From positions 59,757 through 123,756 of the forward strand of contig CAXPTH010000006.1 of NCBI GenBank assembly GCA_964220215.1: DNA of 64,000 nt, written 5' to 3'. The notes below the pieces were generated by a model. It was not told where the DNA came from. It searched no databases and saw nothing but the letters and a program-made list of their open reading frames with translations. The DNA is from Alteromonas sp. GTDB taxonomy: Bacteria > Margulisbacteria > Marinamargulisbacteria > UBA6595. Every line of letters begins with the position of its first letter. Positions within the stretch are counted from its first letter, which is position 1. The translations under genes were made by a program, and so were the position numbers. This document shows, piece by piece, positions 19,753-29,813 of this stretch.

Positions 19753-20810
19753 GCAAGAAAAAAAATCACGTGCCGTCAATTCGATCATCGGCAGCGGAAT
19801 ACCTTACCTTTGTGGCGGCTGTGGGTGATGCTGACGCCAGTATTGAAATGCGCTATGAAGATGAAAATATCTGGCTGACACAAAAAATGATGGCCACCCT
19901 CTATGATGTATCGGTATCGGCTATCAATCAGCATTTAAAGCGGTTATTTTTAGATCATGAGCTTGACGCAGACTCAGTTATTAAGCATTACTTAATAACT
20001 GCAACCGATGGCAAAGCCTACAACACCAAGCATTACAGTTTACAAGCTATCATTGCCGTTGGGTTTAAAATTGAAAATGAGCGAGCGGTTCAGTTTCGCA
20101 AATGGGCGAACAAGATTGTTAAGGACTACACGATTCAAGGTTGGACAATGGATGAGGAGCGTCTGAAAAAAAGCGGCACCATTCTAGATAATGAATTTTT
20201 TGAACGCCAGCTTGAAAAAATACGAGAAATTCGACTATCCGAGCGCAAGTTCTACCAAAAAATCACCGATATTTATGCCACCTCACTGGATTATGATGCC
20301 ACAGCTAGCGCAACCAGACGTTTTTTTGCCGCCGTTCAAAACAAGATGCACTACGCCATTCATGGTCAAACCGCTGCCGAAGTCATTGTTGATCGGGCGA
20401 ATTATCAAAAAGACAACATGGGTCTGAGTACTTGGGATGGGGCACCTGACAGTAAGATTCATAAATATGATGTGGTGGTTGCCAAAAATTACCTCTCTGA
20501 ATATGAGTTAGCACAAATGCAACGGATCGTGTCCGCTTATCTGGATATGGCGGAAATGCAAGCCATGCGTAAAATGCCCATGACGATGGCGGACTGGGAA
20601 GCACGTCTGAGTGGATTTTTAACACTGTGGGACCGTGAAATCTTGCAAGATGCCGGAAAAGTGAGTGCTGAAATTGCCAAAGCGCATGCCGAAACTGAGT
20701 TTGAGAAATATCGGATTGTGCAGGATCAGTTGTATGAATCGGATTTTGACAAGCAATTTAAAGGGCTTGAGGAGAGGGCTTTGAAGTGTGGTGGGGATGA
20801 CGGTGAGTAA
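19749..20810 (+). CDS. RhuM family protein
   Basis: EDENIWLTQKMMATLY, AIIAVGFK, QFRKWA, IREIRLSERKFYQKITDIYA, VQNKMHYA, VAKNYL. Confidence 0.92.
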   Translation: MSKKKNHVPSIRSSAAEYLTFVAAVGDADASIEMRYEDENIWLTQKMMATLYDVSVSAINQHLKRLFLDHELDADSVIKHYLITATDGKAYNTKHYSLQAIIAVGFKIENERAVQFRKWANKIVKDYTIQGWTMDEERLKKSGTILDNEFFERQLEKIREIRLSERKFYQKITDIYATSLDYDATASATRRFFAAVQNKMHYAIHGQTAAEVIVDRANYQKDNMGLSTWDGAPDSKIHKYDVVVAKNYLSEYELAQMQRIVSAYLDMAEMQAMRKMPMTMADWEARLSGFLTLWDREILQDAGKVSAEIAKAHAETEFEKYRIVQDQLYESDFDKQFKGLEERALKCGGDDGE

Positions 20811-21094
20811 GTTGAATGTTATTTCTTTAGTTGAAGTTGCAACACTTCAAAGAGGATTTGACTTGCCTAGTTCCAAGAGAATTGACGGAAATATTCCAAT
20901 TGTTTCTTCTGGCGGTATCACAGGAAACCACATTACGTTTAAAGTAAAGGGTCCAGGAGTTGTGACAGGTAGATTATTTATTATCGAGTTTAAATTTTGA
21001 TAAGTTTAGTGCAAAAACTGGAGTGCCTGGAGTTAATCGAAATGATTTACACAAAATCAAAGTTCCCTATATGGGACTGTTGCGAAACGGGTGA
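20803..21094 (+). pseudogene. Internally deleted and frameshifted type I HsdS fragment
   Basis: LQRGFDLP...IVSSGGITG...GPGVVTGR, then in another frame YLLSSLNFDKFSAKTGVPGVNRNDLHKIKVP, stop at 21094. Confidence 0.8.
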
Positions 21095-21173
21095 TTATAT
21101 CTACTAAAAGAGGTAATTCCGGGTTTGCCCCCCTTTCCTCCCAGAAAACCAGCCCCCCCTGTACCAGCGTCTT

Positions 21174-21536
21174 TTGGCACTGTACCCACCCATCAAACAA
21201 ACTATTTTTATCACGTGTTATCCAATAAGTGGTTCGTCATTTGACATACAGCTACCAGCCAGTTTTACGCTGGCAGATGTAAAGAATGCCATCGCCGAAA
21301 AGAAACATAGCGAGACCCACGAAACTCAAAATGAAGGGTTTGATCCAGACGAATGGGTGATTGAGATCTTTAACCCATCCCCAGAGGCCACTGATCAGAC
21401 TGCACCAATACCGGAAAAAATTACGGATCACATGTTTACTGGAGTGAAAAAAATCAAGTTCCGCCGCTATCCAAGTGCAGTTTGTGATCAGCTGAAACGA
21501 TGCGTATTGCACGGCGAAAGCAGAGATAACCTCTAA
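21174..21536 (+). CDS. Hypothetical protein with a ubiquitin-like N-terminal segment
   Basis: IFITCYPISGSSFDIQLPASFTLADVKNAIAEK resembles ubiquitin beta1-beta2-alpha1; start uncertain. Confidence 0.4.
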   Translation: MALYPPIKQTIFITCYPISGSSFDIQLPASFTLADVKNAIAEKKHSETHETQNEGFDPDEWVIEIFNPSPEATDQTAPIPEKITDHMFTGVKKIKFRRYPSAVCDQLKRCVLHGESRDNL

Positions 21537-21671
21537 TTTAAGAAGCTATGCGGACTTCATGGGGTTAAATCATAAGCTAATTAAAGATAAATTTGAGAGT
21601 TTTCTAGATTTTCCAGCTGATAGTAATGATAATTGGGATTTAAAAACAGACGATGGATTTTGATTAATCGG

Positions 21672-22106
21672 TTAGTTATAACTTGATTTTTTTTTGAACA
21701 TGGTAATGATGGTTCCGGTGCCGACGGTTGAGTCAATGTTCAGTTCGTCCATGAGGCTTTCAATAAACGTGAGCCCAACGCCCATGCCAACAGACGGGTC
21801 ATCAAGATTATCAAAATCGTATTCGGTTTTTTTTCCATTCACATCAAACCCATCCCCTTGATCGTGGATGCAAATTTTTAACCCATCGGCTAACACACAA
21901 AACGTTACGGTCACATCCGATGCAGGCTTTTGCTTAAATGCATGTTTGATAACATTGGAGTAGGCTTCAGATACCGCCAATTTAATATTTTCAATATCAT
22001 CCATTGAATAATCCATGCGCGCACAGATACCCGATAACATCAACCGAACGACGCCGGCGTAATCGGATTTTGTAGGAAGCGTTAACGATAACGTGTCGTT
22101 AGCCAT
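21672..22106 (-). CDS. rsbW: Anti-sigma factor kinase (RsbW/SpoIIAB family)
   Basis: IKLAVSEAYSNVIKHA, DQGDGFD, GMGVGLTFIESLMDE. Confidence 0.85.
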   Translation of the reverse strand: MANDTLSLTLPTKSDYAGVVRLMLSGICARMDYSMDDIENIKLAVSEAYSNVIKHAFKQKPASDVTVTFCVLADGLKICIHDQGDGFDVNGKKTEYDFDNLDDPSVGMGVGLTFIESLMDELNIDSTVGTGTIITMFKKKSSYN

Positions 22107-22476
22107 TGCTCGGTTTAAACTGATCCCCGAAAGCCTTCACCGCCAAGGCTTCAGTTTCAAACATTGAGACGTTTTTTTTCGTTAACCCACAAATATCAAA
22201 CAACTTTAAAATTTGGGGTTTGTTGCAAACAACATAAATCAGTCCGTTGTTTTTATCCATGTGATGGGCACATTTGGCAATAGCACCCAGACCCGTGCTG
22301 TCAATATAATCAACGTTTAATATATTTAAAACAACCGACGATTCTGGTTTTTCAATGTAAGACTGAAGGGTCTTCATCATATCGGTGTAAGTATGAATAT
22401 CCACTTCACCAGACATTTTGACAACCGGGCATCCCGATTGCTCCGAACACTCAATATTGAAGTCTAGGAAGGACAT
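22099..22476 (-). CDS. rsbV: STAS anti-anti-sigma factor (RsbV family)
   Basis: GEVDIHT, VDYIDSTGLG. Confidence 0.85.
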   Translation of the reverse strand: MSFLDFNIECSEQSGCPVVKMSGEVDIHTYTDMMKTLQSYIEKPESSVVLNILNVDYIDSTGLGAIAKCAHHMDKNNGLIYVVCNKPQILKLFDICGLTKKNVSMFETEALAVKAFGDQFKPSNG

Positions 22477-22507
22477 ATAAACTTTATGGTACAGCATAAC
22501 GAATAGC

Positions 22508-22536
22508 TTGACAAGTCTTGCTCAGTCTAGTATGAT
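22508..22536 (+). promoter_or_regulatory. Sigma70-type promoter of the rpmE operon
   Basis: TTGACA-17 nt-TATGAT. Confidence 0.7.
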
Positions 22537-22547
22537 TTGTGTCTATT

Positions 22548-22778
22548 ATGGCAAAACAAATAGATAAACGAAAAAAACACACTGTATCGGTTGATTACGA
22601 TCCACAAACAATAACGGCAACATGCGCATGTGGCGGTTCTTTTGAGGTTGTTTCATGCAAAGACATCCGCGTGGATGTTTGTTCTCAGTGCCATCCATTT
22701 TTCACGGGTGATAGTCACTTTGTGGATGCGGAAGGCCGTATTGAAAAATTCAAGAAAAAATACCAGCAAGTATCCTAG
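22548..22778 (+). CDS. rpmE: 50S ribosomal protein L31 (Zn-binding type)
   Basis: CACG...[13 protein letters not shown]...[10 protein letters not shown]. Confidence 0.95.
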   Translation: MAKQIDKRKKHTVSVDYDPQTITATCACGGSFEVVSCKDIRVDVCSQCHPFFTGDSHFVDAEGRIEKFKKKYQQVS

Positions 22779-22790
22779 ATAATAGCCGGT

Positions 22791-23858
22791 ATGAATGGGT
22801 TTCTAGATAGGCTGGAGGATGTTGAGCGTCGGTTCTTGGATCTCGAGCGACAGCTGAGTGACCCATCGGTAACGCAAGATTTAAAGCGATACGAAACGTT
22901 GAATCGGGATTATTCTCAATTGAAACCGGGTATTGAGAATTATCAAAAGCTCAAATTGGCGTTAAATCAGAAAGAAGAGGCTAAAGCCATGCTGAGCGAT
23001 CCAGAATTGTCGGATATGGCGCATGAAGAAATTGAGGTGCTGGATCCTCACATTGAGGCGTTGACCGTCGCATTAAATGTATTTTTGTTGCCCAAAAACC
23101 CCGATGATCAGAAAAATGCCGTGTTGGAAATTCGGGGCGGCACCGGTGGGGATGAAGCCGCGTTATTTGCAAACGATTTGTATCGGATGTATCAGCGGTA
23201 TGCAGAAAAAAATGGTTGGACCTGGGCCGTCATGGATCACAACATGACTGAATTGGGTGGGACAAAGGAAGCCGTTGTTATGGTATCCGGGGATGGCGTA
23301 TTTCAGGCTTTGAAATTTGAAAGCGGTGTGCATCGAGTGCAACGGGTACCCGATACCGAGGCATCCGGCCGGATTCATACCTCAGCGGTGAGTGTTGTGG
23401 TGTTGCCAGAAGCCGATGATGTGGATGTGACCATTAATCCCAAAGATTTGCGTGTGGATACCTACCGAGCCTCGGGTGCGGGTGGTCAACACGTGAATAA
23501 AACCGACTCGGCTGTTCGTATTACCCATATGCCAACCGGAACTGTGGTGGCGTGCCAAGATGAACGCTCCCAATTTCAAAATAAAGAAAAAGCCATGCGG
23601 TTGTTAAAATCCAGGCTCTATGACTTTTATCAGCAGCAGGCCACGGACTCCGTGGATTCAATGCGTCGTCAATTGGTCGGGAGTGGGGATCGGTCTGAGA
23701 AAATTCGGACGTATAATTTTCCAGAAGGTCGGGTGACCGATCACCGAATTAAATTAACCGTCCACTGTTTGCGTGATATTTTAAGCGGGGATAAATTAAA
23801 TACAATACTGGATGCCTTGCAACAAGCGGATCAATTGGCCCGCTTGGAAAAAGGGTAG
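22791..23858 (+). CDS. prfA: Peptide chain release factor 1
   Basis: [16 protein letters not shown] (PxT), GAGGQHVN. Confidence 0.97.
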   Translation: MNGFLDRLEDVERRFLDLERQLSDPSVTQDLKRYETLNRDYSQLKPGIENYQKLKLALNQKEEAKAMLSDPELSDMAHEEIEVLDPHIEALTVALNVFLLPKNPDDQKNAVLEIRGGTGGDEAALFANDLYRMYQRYAEKNGWTWAVMDHNMTELGGTKEAVVMVSGDGVFQALKFESGVHRVQRVPDTEASGRIHTSAVSVVVLPEADDVDVTINPKDLRVDTYRASGAGGQHVNKTDSAVRITHMPTGTVVACQDERSQFQNKEKAMRLLKSRLYDFYQQQATDSVDSMRRQLVGSGDRSEKIRTYNFPEGRVTDHRIKLTVHCLRDILSGDKLNTILDALQQADQLARLEKG

Positions 23859-23861
23859 TCG

Positions 23862-24635
23862 TTGGATCCCAACACCCGCCAAGATTTGGCTGTACTGGCC
23901 GATTATTTTTTGCATGGCCAAGCACCGGCCAGAACACCCATGGCGGATGTGTCGTACACAGAAGCGGTGGCCCAGTATCATGCCGGGGTTCCATTGGCAT
24001 ATTTGTTGGGGGATGCGGCTTTTTTTGATCGCCTAGTGTGGGTATCGCCAGGAGTCTTGATTCCTCGGCCAGAAACGGAAGGGCTGGTGCAGGCGGCGTG
24101 TGCCTATATAGCGGATGCGTCGATTGACCAGATTGCGGATGTAGGCTACGGGACTGGATGCATCGCATTGGAGATGGCGCGCCGATATCCCAATGCCCAT
24201 ATTTGGGGCTGGGATATCAATCCGATTGCACAAACCATTGCCCAGCGCAATCAGGATCGGTTCGGAGCCAGCCATATTACCTGGTATTGTCAGGATGTGT
24301 TTGCGGCCATTGCTGCGGGGGATATGATTCAATCCGGCCTTATTATCTCCAATCCACCGTATGTCAACATGGCGGATCCGGCGTTGGCAACACAGGTATT
24401 GGCGCATGAACCCCAAACGGCGCTCGATGGTGGGCGGGCGGGACTCGCCTGGATTCATCAATTCTTGCAGGCAATGGCGGAGTTTCAGCATCAGGGGCTA
24501 TGGTTTGCCTTGGAAATTGGGTATGATCAAGGTCCACGGGTTCGGGATATGATGGTACACTATGGGTATGAGCATGTGTGTATTGAGTCGGATGTATCTG
24601 GGCATGACCGATATGCACTGGGGCAATTAAGATGA
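23862..24635 (+). CDS. prmC: Release factor glutamine methyltransferase
   Basis: VLIPRPETE, DVGYGTGCIA, SNPPY, HEPQTALDGG; follows prfA. Confidence 0.88.
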   Translation: MDPNTRQDLAVLADYFLHGQAPARTPMADVSYTEAVAQYHAGVPLAYLLGDAAFFDRLVWVSPGVLIPRPETEGLVQAACAYIADASIDQIADVGYGTGCIALEMARRYPNAHIWGWDINPIAQTIAQRNQDRFGASHITWYCQDVFAAIAAGDMIQSGLIISNPPYVNMADPALATQVLAHEPQTALDGGRAGLAWIHQFLQAMAEFQHQGLWFALEIGYDQGPRVRDMMVHYGYEHVCIESDVSGHDRYALGQLR

Positions 24636-25534
24636 ATACACCCTTTGTCACCATTTATACCGCAATACCCGTATTTTTGGCCCAGTGTGAACCAGTGTGG
24701 GATGTGACATCAGATACCTTTCGCCAACTCAAACGTATTATTCAATGGGGCAATGAGCCCATGACACGGGATGAAATAAACCAGCAATGCGATGCCATCG
24801 CCATTGCATGGGTGCAAACCCTCGTATTGGTGAGTCTTTTGGCTGTGGATACCCGGGCTAGTTTTGTCCAAGGTTTGTCGGTATCGGGGAATCAATTTAA
24901 ATTAACGGTGGGGGATGCGGTATTCACCAACCGCATTGGCGTCTGGGATAACAATTGGGATACCTGTTTTAAGCATTGGTTACAGGCTGTGTTTCGACGC
25001 ACCACGCGGCCATCCATTCAGCAGTGGTGTTCCCAATTGTATCACCAATTGGTACTGGATCAATCCAACATGATGGCCATGCAAGCCCAATCTAGCCGAG
25101 CGCAATACGCCGTTAAACACAACGATTGGACGGGGCTTCAGATCACGGATTATTGTTTAATCCTGAATGCGTTTCCGTTGCCAGCCTTAAATCAATTTTA
25201 TACTCGAATTTCTAGTTATTTCCCGGATACATTGGCGGTTGAGTGGGATGCGGATGTGTATGCATTGTCGGCCGTGTTTGAACCCGTGTCCGAGGGGGTG
25301 ATGGTGGCGATGAAAAAAAATTCGATATTTTATCAATTCTTTTTAAAGCAACACAATCAGTATCCAGAGTTGTGGGCAAAGTGTTGCCATGCCTTGCAAT
25401 TAATTGCTGCCGATTCGTTGTATTGCGCATCCATATTGGGGCAGTTAACCCAAACGGCGGAGGCGTTGGTAGATCCTCGCTTGGCGATTGTGGATCGCTG
25501 TGTTCGTCAATTGGCAGCTATTCAGGCCCAATGA
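24632..25534 (+). CDS. Hypothetical protein
   Basis: 300-aa ORF coupled by ATGA overlaps to both neighbours. Confidence 0.7.
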   Translation: MNTPFVTIYTAIPVFLAQCEPVWDVTSDTFRQLKRIIQWGNEPMTRDEINQQCDAIAIAWVQTLVLVSLLAVDTRASFVQGLSVSGNQFKLTVGDAVFTNRIGVWDNNWDTCFKHWLQAVFRRTTRPSIQQWCSQLYHQLVLDQSNMMAMQAQSSRAQYAVKHNDWTGLQITDYCLILNAFPLPALNQFYTRISSYFPDTLAVEWDADVYALSAVFEPVSEGVMVAMKKNSIFYQFFLKQHNQYPELWAKCCHALQLIAADSLYCASILGQLTQTAEALVDPRLAIVDRCVRQLAAIQAQ

Positions 25535-26637
25535 CAGCCATTTATTTAGACCACAGTTCAGCCACACCAATTTTGCCGGCCATTCTTCCTGAATTAACGC
25601 GCTTATTAAGGGAATACGGCAATCCCGCCAGTATGCATGGGTTGGGTCAAGCCGCTAAAGAGGCTGTTGAGCAGGTTCGGCATCAGGTTCAAACCCACAT
25701 GGGCGGTGACGGCACAGTCGTCTTTTTTTCATCAGCAACAGAGGCCAATAACTATGTGTTGCGCACGGTGGCCCGGCAATCGCCACATGGGCGGATTCTG
25801 GTCAGTGCTGTTGAGCATGCCTGTGTTCGAGCAACAGCGGATGAACTGGCCGCCGATGGGGTGGATGTTCACGTTATTCCCGTGCTGCCCACGGGCGTTG
25901 TGGATCTGGATGCATTGAACGCGCTTGTAACTCCGGATACAGTGCTCATATCCGTGATGATGACCAACAATGAAACCGGGGTTAATCAGCCCCTAGATGC
26001 CGTGATTCAGATCGCCAAACAGCATGCCATTCCGGTGCATACCGATGCGGTTCAGTGGGTGGGGAAGCAAAAACTTCCGGGGTTAGATTACAATTACTTG
26101 GTATTTTCAGGTCATAAATTGGGGGCGCCCAAAGGCTGTGCGGCACTGTGCTTGCGGCAGGTTCCCTTAACCCCCTGGATCACGGGTGGGCATCAAGAAC
26201 AGGGTATTCGGGCTGGGACTGAAAACGTGTGGGCCATTGCAGGTTTGGGGGCTGCGCTCACGTATCTGGAGCCTCAGCTGGACGCGATGCAGCGGCAGTA
26301 TCAGGCGTTAAATGAACAATTTCGGGATCAACTGAATGGGGATTCAGTCGTCTGGAATAGCCCAGAGTCAGCCATGCCGCATATTGTCAACGTTAGTCTA
26401 TTGGGTCACGATGCCCATACAACAGTTATGGCCATGGATTTACAAGGCATTGCGATTTCGGCTGGCTCGGCATGCTCAACAGGCAGTATGCAGGTATCCC
26501 CGGTGCTTTCAGCTATGTTTCCAGATGACCGGGATCGGGTTCAATCAGCGATTCGGGTTAGTTTTGGCCATACCACAACGTCCGATGAGATTGCAGCTGC
26601 TACACAAGCGATCCGACGCTTGATTTTAAAGCATTAA
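25531..26637 (+). CDS. Cysteine desulfurase (IscS/NifS family)
   Basis: YLDHSSATP, GNPAS, NNETG, HTDAVQ, SGHK, RAGTEN, SAGSACS. Confidence 0.93.
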   Translation: MTAIYLDHSSATPILPAILPELTRLLREYGNPASMHGLGQAAKEAVEQVRHQVQTHMGGDGTVVFFSSATEANNYVLRTVARQSPHGRILVSAVEHACVRATADELAADGVDVHVIPVLPTGVVDLDALNALVTPDTVLISVMMTNNETGVNQPLDAVIQIAKQHAIPVHTDAVQWVGKQKLPGLDYNYLVFSGHKLGAPKGCAALCLRQVPLTPWITGGHQEQGIRAGTENVWAIAGLGAALTYLEPQLDAMQRQYQALNEQFRDQLNGDSVVWNSPESAMPHIVNVSLLGHDAHTTVMAMDLQGIAISAGSACSTGSMQVSPVLSAMFPDDRDRVQSAIRVSFGHTTTSDEIAAATQAIRRLILKH

Positions 26638-26897
26638 AATACTGTTTGAATGCTCACTTGATACGTACCGGTGTATTGTTCGGAATTCACGGCATGAAAA
26701 TGTTCTTGTATATTTTCTTCTTTGAAAGGATCGGTGTATTTGCCCACCAAGGCCATGCGCATTGTGGGTTTTTTGACAACATTCATCTCAATCAAAGTAT
26801 TCGATACCAGGCTTGAATTATCAACCCATGCCGATACAATAAATACAACAGCGATACCAAATTTAAATACGGACTGATACATGGTGGGGGACTCCAT
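26634..26897 (-). CDS. Small hypothetical protein with N-terminal hydrophobic segment
   Basis: Fills the gap between convergent genes; FGIAVVFIVSAW. Confidence 0.45.
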   Translation of the reverse strand: MESPTMYQSVFKFGIAVVFIVSAWVDNSSLVSNTLIEMNVVKKPTMRMALVGKYTDPFKEENIQEHFHAVNSEQYTGTYQVSIQTVF

Positions 26898-26950
26898 TGA
26901 TTACAACTCAACAGAATTCTAATACCCCAAAAGTTTAATCTTTAAACATT

Positions 26951-27904
26951 TTAATTGGATAGTTGGGGAATGGTGTCGGCCATGCGGTCCAATACCGATT
27001 CAATAGCATCTAGGGATTCCACGTGAACCAATTCGCTGCGCCATTGACGGGCATTGGGAATCAGTTTGCAGTAGGTGACCAAATGTTTGCGAATTTCCCG
27101 GCATCCCACTCGCTCGCCCTTATCGTCAATCAGGTAGCGCGCATGGGCTTTAATAATTGGAATTTTTTCATGGAAACTAGGGGTTGGGTTGGTGGTTGAA
27201 AAGACCCATGGATTGCCCATTGCGGCTTGGCCAATTAGGAAGCCGTCTAAGTGTTTTAATTTGGCATAGCCATCGGCCAATCCCGTGAGCCCCCCATTTC
27301 CCAACAAAGGAATGGATAATTTGTCTTTTAATCGATACAAGGATTCCCATTGGGCGGCTACTTTATAGGGCTGGGCGTAGGTTCGGGCATGAATGGCAAT
27401 CATACTAGCCCCAGCGGATTGAGCCCCTAGACAAAAGGCGTCTAGGTCGCTGTCGTCTTCCCAACCCAATCGGCTTTTGACGCTAACAGGCAGATGCGTG
27501 GCTGAAGCAACCGATTCAATGAGCTTGAAGGCCAGTGTATGATTTTTTCGCAGGGCGACACCATGCTCGGATTTAACCACTTTTTTAGCGGGGCACCCCA
27601 TGTTCAGATCAATGCCAGAAAACCCCATGTCTTCAATTAGTTTAGCCGCACTAACGAACGTTTCAGGATGCTTGCCAAATATTTGGGCAATCACCGGTTT
27701 TTCGGTGGATTTAAAGGCCAGTTTTTTTCGAACTCGATCGGGACTGTGGTGCAAGCCATCGGCTGAGGTAAATTCGGTATACGTTACAATGTCCGGATTG
27801 ACGGCTTTGCACACTTGCCGAAAGGCGCTATCCGAATACCCTTCCATTGGAGCTAGTGCCACAATGGGTTTGGGAAATTCGGTCCAAAATAATGATCCAC
27901 TCAT
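26951..27904 (-). CDS. dusB: tRNA-dihydrouridine synthase
   Basis: LAPMEG, IDLNMGCP, VSVKSRLG, IHART. Confidence 0.88.
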   Translation of the reverse strand: MSGSLFWTEFPKPIVALAPMEGYSDSAFRQVCKAVNPDIVTYTEFTSADGLHHSPDRVRKKLAFKSTEKPVIAQIFGKHPETFVSAAKLIEDMGFSGIDLNMGCPAKKVVKSEHGVALRKNHTLAFKLIESVASATHLPVSVKSRLGWEDDSDLDAFCLGAQSAGASMIAIHARTYAQPYKVAAQWESLYRLKDKLSIPLLGNGGLTGLADGYAKLKHLDGFLIGQAAMGNPWVFSTTNPTPSFHEKIPIIKAHARYLIDDKGERVGCREIRKHLVTYCKLIPNARQWRSELVHVESLDAIESVLDRMADTIPQLSN

Positions 27905-27918
27905 GATTTGTAGTATAC

Positions 27919-27994
<76 letters not shown>

Positions 27995-28095
27995 GACTTC
28001 CAGTTGATGCCATTATAGACCAATCTAAATCAAAAAGTCTATGACACAATGATTTGGACTTGTTATTCATGTGGAATTGCATTACACTTTTGAGT

Positions 28096-28662
28096 ATGAT
28101 TTTCACATATCGATTCGTTGCAATTTTCTTCATAGGTATGAGTGTTTTAGTTTTGTCTGGATGTGGCAAAAACCCGCAATGTTCGGCCCACAAACACCCA
28201 GCGATTCAACAGGCGGTGTCGGTTATTGAGCCAACCGCAGGCCATGCAGCCAGGGGAACCGTATATTTTAAACAAGTCGAGGACGGGGTTCAGGTTCAGG
28301 TTAATGTGGAGGGTCTTAACCCCAATCAACAGCATGGTGCACACATTCATGAATTTGGTGATCGAACAGCCCCAAACGGTACATCGGCTGGCGGGCATTA
28401 CAATCCAGAGGGGCATCCCCATGGGTTGCCGCCAAGTCTAAAGCGGCATGCGGGGTCCTTTGGCAACTGGCAGGCGGATGCCTATGGCCGTGTGCAGGTT
28501 GAATTTGTGGATAAGACGATATCCGTGGGTGGTCGCAAAAACCCGATTGTGGGGCGATCGGTGGTGATCCACGCTCAGCCCGATGATGGGTCCCAACCCA
28601 ATGGAAATGCCGGCCCTCGTATTGGGGTCGGGGTTATCGGTATTCAAAAACAGTCCCAGTAG
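28096..28662 (+). CDS. sodC: Cu/Zn superoxide dismutase family lipoprotein
   Basis: Lipobox LSGC; HGAHIHE, SAGGHYNP, GRSVVIHAQPDD, GNAGPRI; start uncertain. Confidence 0.9.
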   Translation: MIFTYRFVAIFFIGMSVLVLSGCGKNPQCSAHKHPAIQQAVSVIEPTAGHAARGTVYFKQVEDGVQVQVNVEGLNPNQQHGAHIHEFGDRTAPNGTSAGGHYNPEGHPHGLPPSLKRHAGSFGNWQADAYGRVQVEFVDKTISVGGRKNPIVGRSVVIHAQPDDGSQPNGNAGPRIGVGVIGIQKQSQ

Positions 28663-28678
28663 GTTTTTGAGATAAGCG

Positions 28679-29692
28679 TTGCTTTCTGTAGTCGCTCAAT
28701 CCAATACGCCGGTATCCGTTGTCGGCTTATTGGGCCAGATGCGTCAGTGTTTGAATCCGTCTAAAGCCCATGGTGACTATAATAAATGCTTGAGTTTGTT
28801 GAATCGGCTGGAGGCAATGGCTCGGGCTCAACCGCAATCGACGGATTCTGTATTATTGCAACCCATTGGTGATTTGCATCAAGTGCTGGCGCATTATGAA
28901 GATAATCCCCATGTGGTGCATCTATTTAATGAGAGTGATGAAGCCAATATTTTGAATTATATCCAAGCGTCTCGTCTTCAACCGAAATGCCCACTGTGCC
29001 GAGCCCACTTAACGGTGGATAATTTTGTTTCATTTAGTTACGAATTTTTTAAACTTAAAACGATGATCCAGAATGGGCGCCTGGGCCAAAATGAAACCCT
29101 TAATGCCATTGTTGATCAATGTATTGACGCCATGGATCCCAATGCTAAAGTGGGTGATTTTAAAAACTATGTGGATAATTTAAACAATAGACTAAGAAGC
29201 TCCATACCCAATAATTCACCTGAAGTGCCTGCGTCCGTAGAGAATAGGTTGGCCAATCAACAAGAAACCGATGGGTATTTAATCGTGATGTTTCATTGTT
29301 TTATTGTGTCCTGTAAGGTTATTAGTTTTTTGTGTTTGTGCTTAATTGCTTGGGATTATCCAAGTGATCATATTGCGAGTACAGGCCATTATTTGAGTAT
29401 GCTGAGTGTTTCTGGATCCGGTTTGGATGTGTGTTTCTTGACGGGTTTAGTAGGAAGCGGCAATTCTATGGATAGCTTGACGGAGCGATACGATCGATGC
29501 AATGTGTTGTCGATTGGTATATCGCTATTTAGTTTATCGATTATTCATCATCAATATGATGACGAAATCAGTCAGAGTTTAGCCCTAGTGTTGTTGTCAA
29601 TAGCAACGGCCGGTCAAGTGGGTTATCAAGCGGGGCAGTGTGTGAAGCGCCAGAGTAGTGGGCATGCATTAATTCAAGAAATAACAGTATAA
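28679..29692 (+). CDS. Orphan protein with a degenerate RING/U-box-like motif and C-terminal TM helices
   Basis: HLF...ILNYI...KCPLCRAHL; hydrophobic C-terminal third. Confidence 0.6.
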   Translation: MLSVVAQSNTPVSVVGLLGQMRQCLNPSKAHGDYNKCLSLLNRLEAMARAQPQSTDSVLLQPIGDLHQVLAHYEDNPHVVHLFNESDEANILNYIQASRLQPKCPLCRAHLTVDNFVSFSYEFFKLKTMIQNGRLGQNETLNAIVDQCIDAMDPNAKVGDFKNYVDNLNNRLRSSIPNNSPEVPASVENRLANQQETDGYLIVMFHCFIVSCKVISFLCLCLIAWDYPSDHIASTGHYLSMLSVSGSGLDVCFLTGLVGSGNSMDSLTERYDRCNVLSIGISLFSLSIIHHQYDDEISQSLALVLLSIATAGQVGYQAGQCVKRQSSGHALIQEITV

Positions 29693-29813
29693 CTGGATAG
29701 GTCATGAGTTTATACTTGAGACAACTCTTGAGGCAACGCGTACCAACAAAGCGTTACAACTAGTTGACACACACGTATAGACTAATAGCGCACCAACCGT
29801 CTATTATAAAGCT

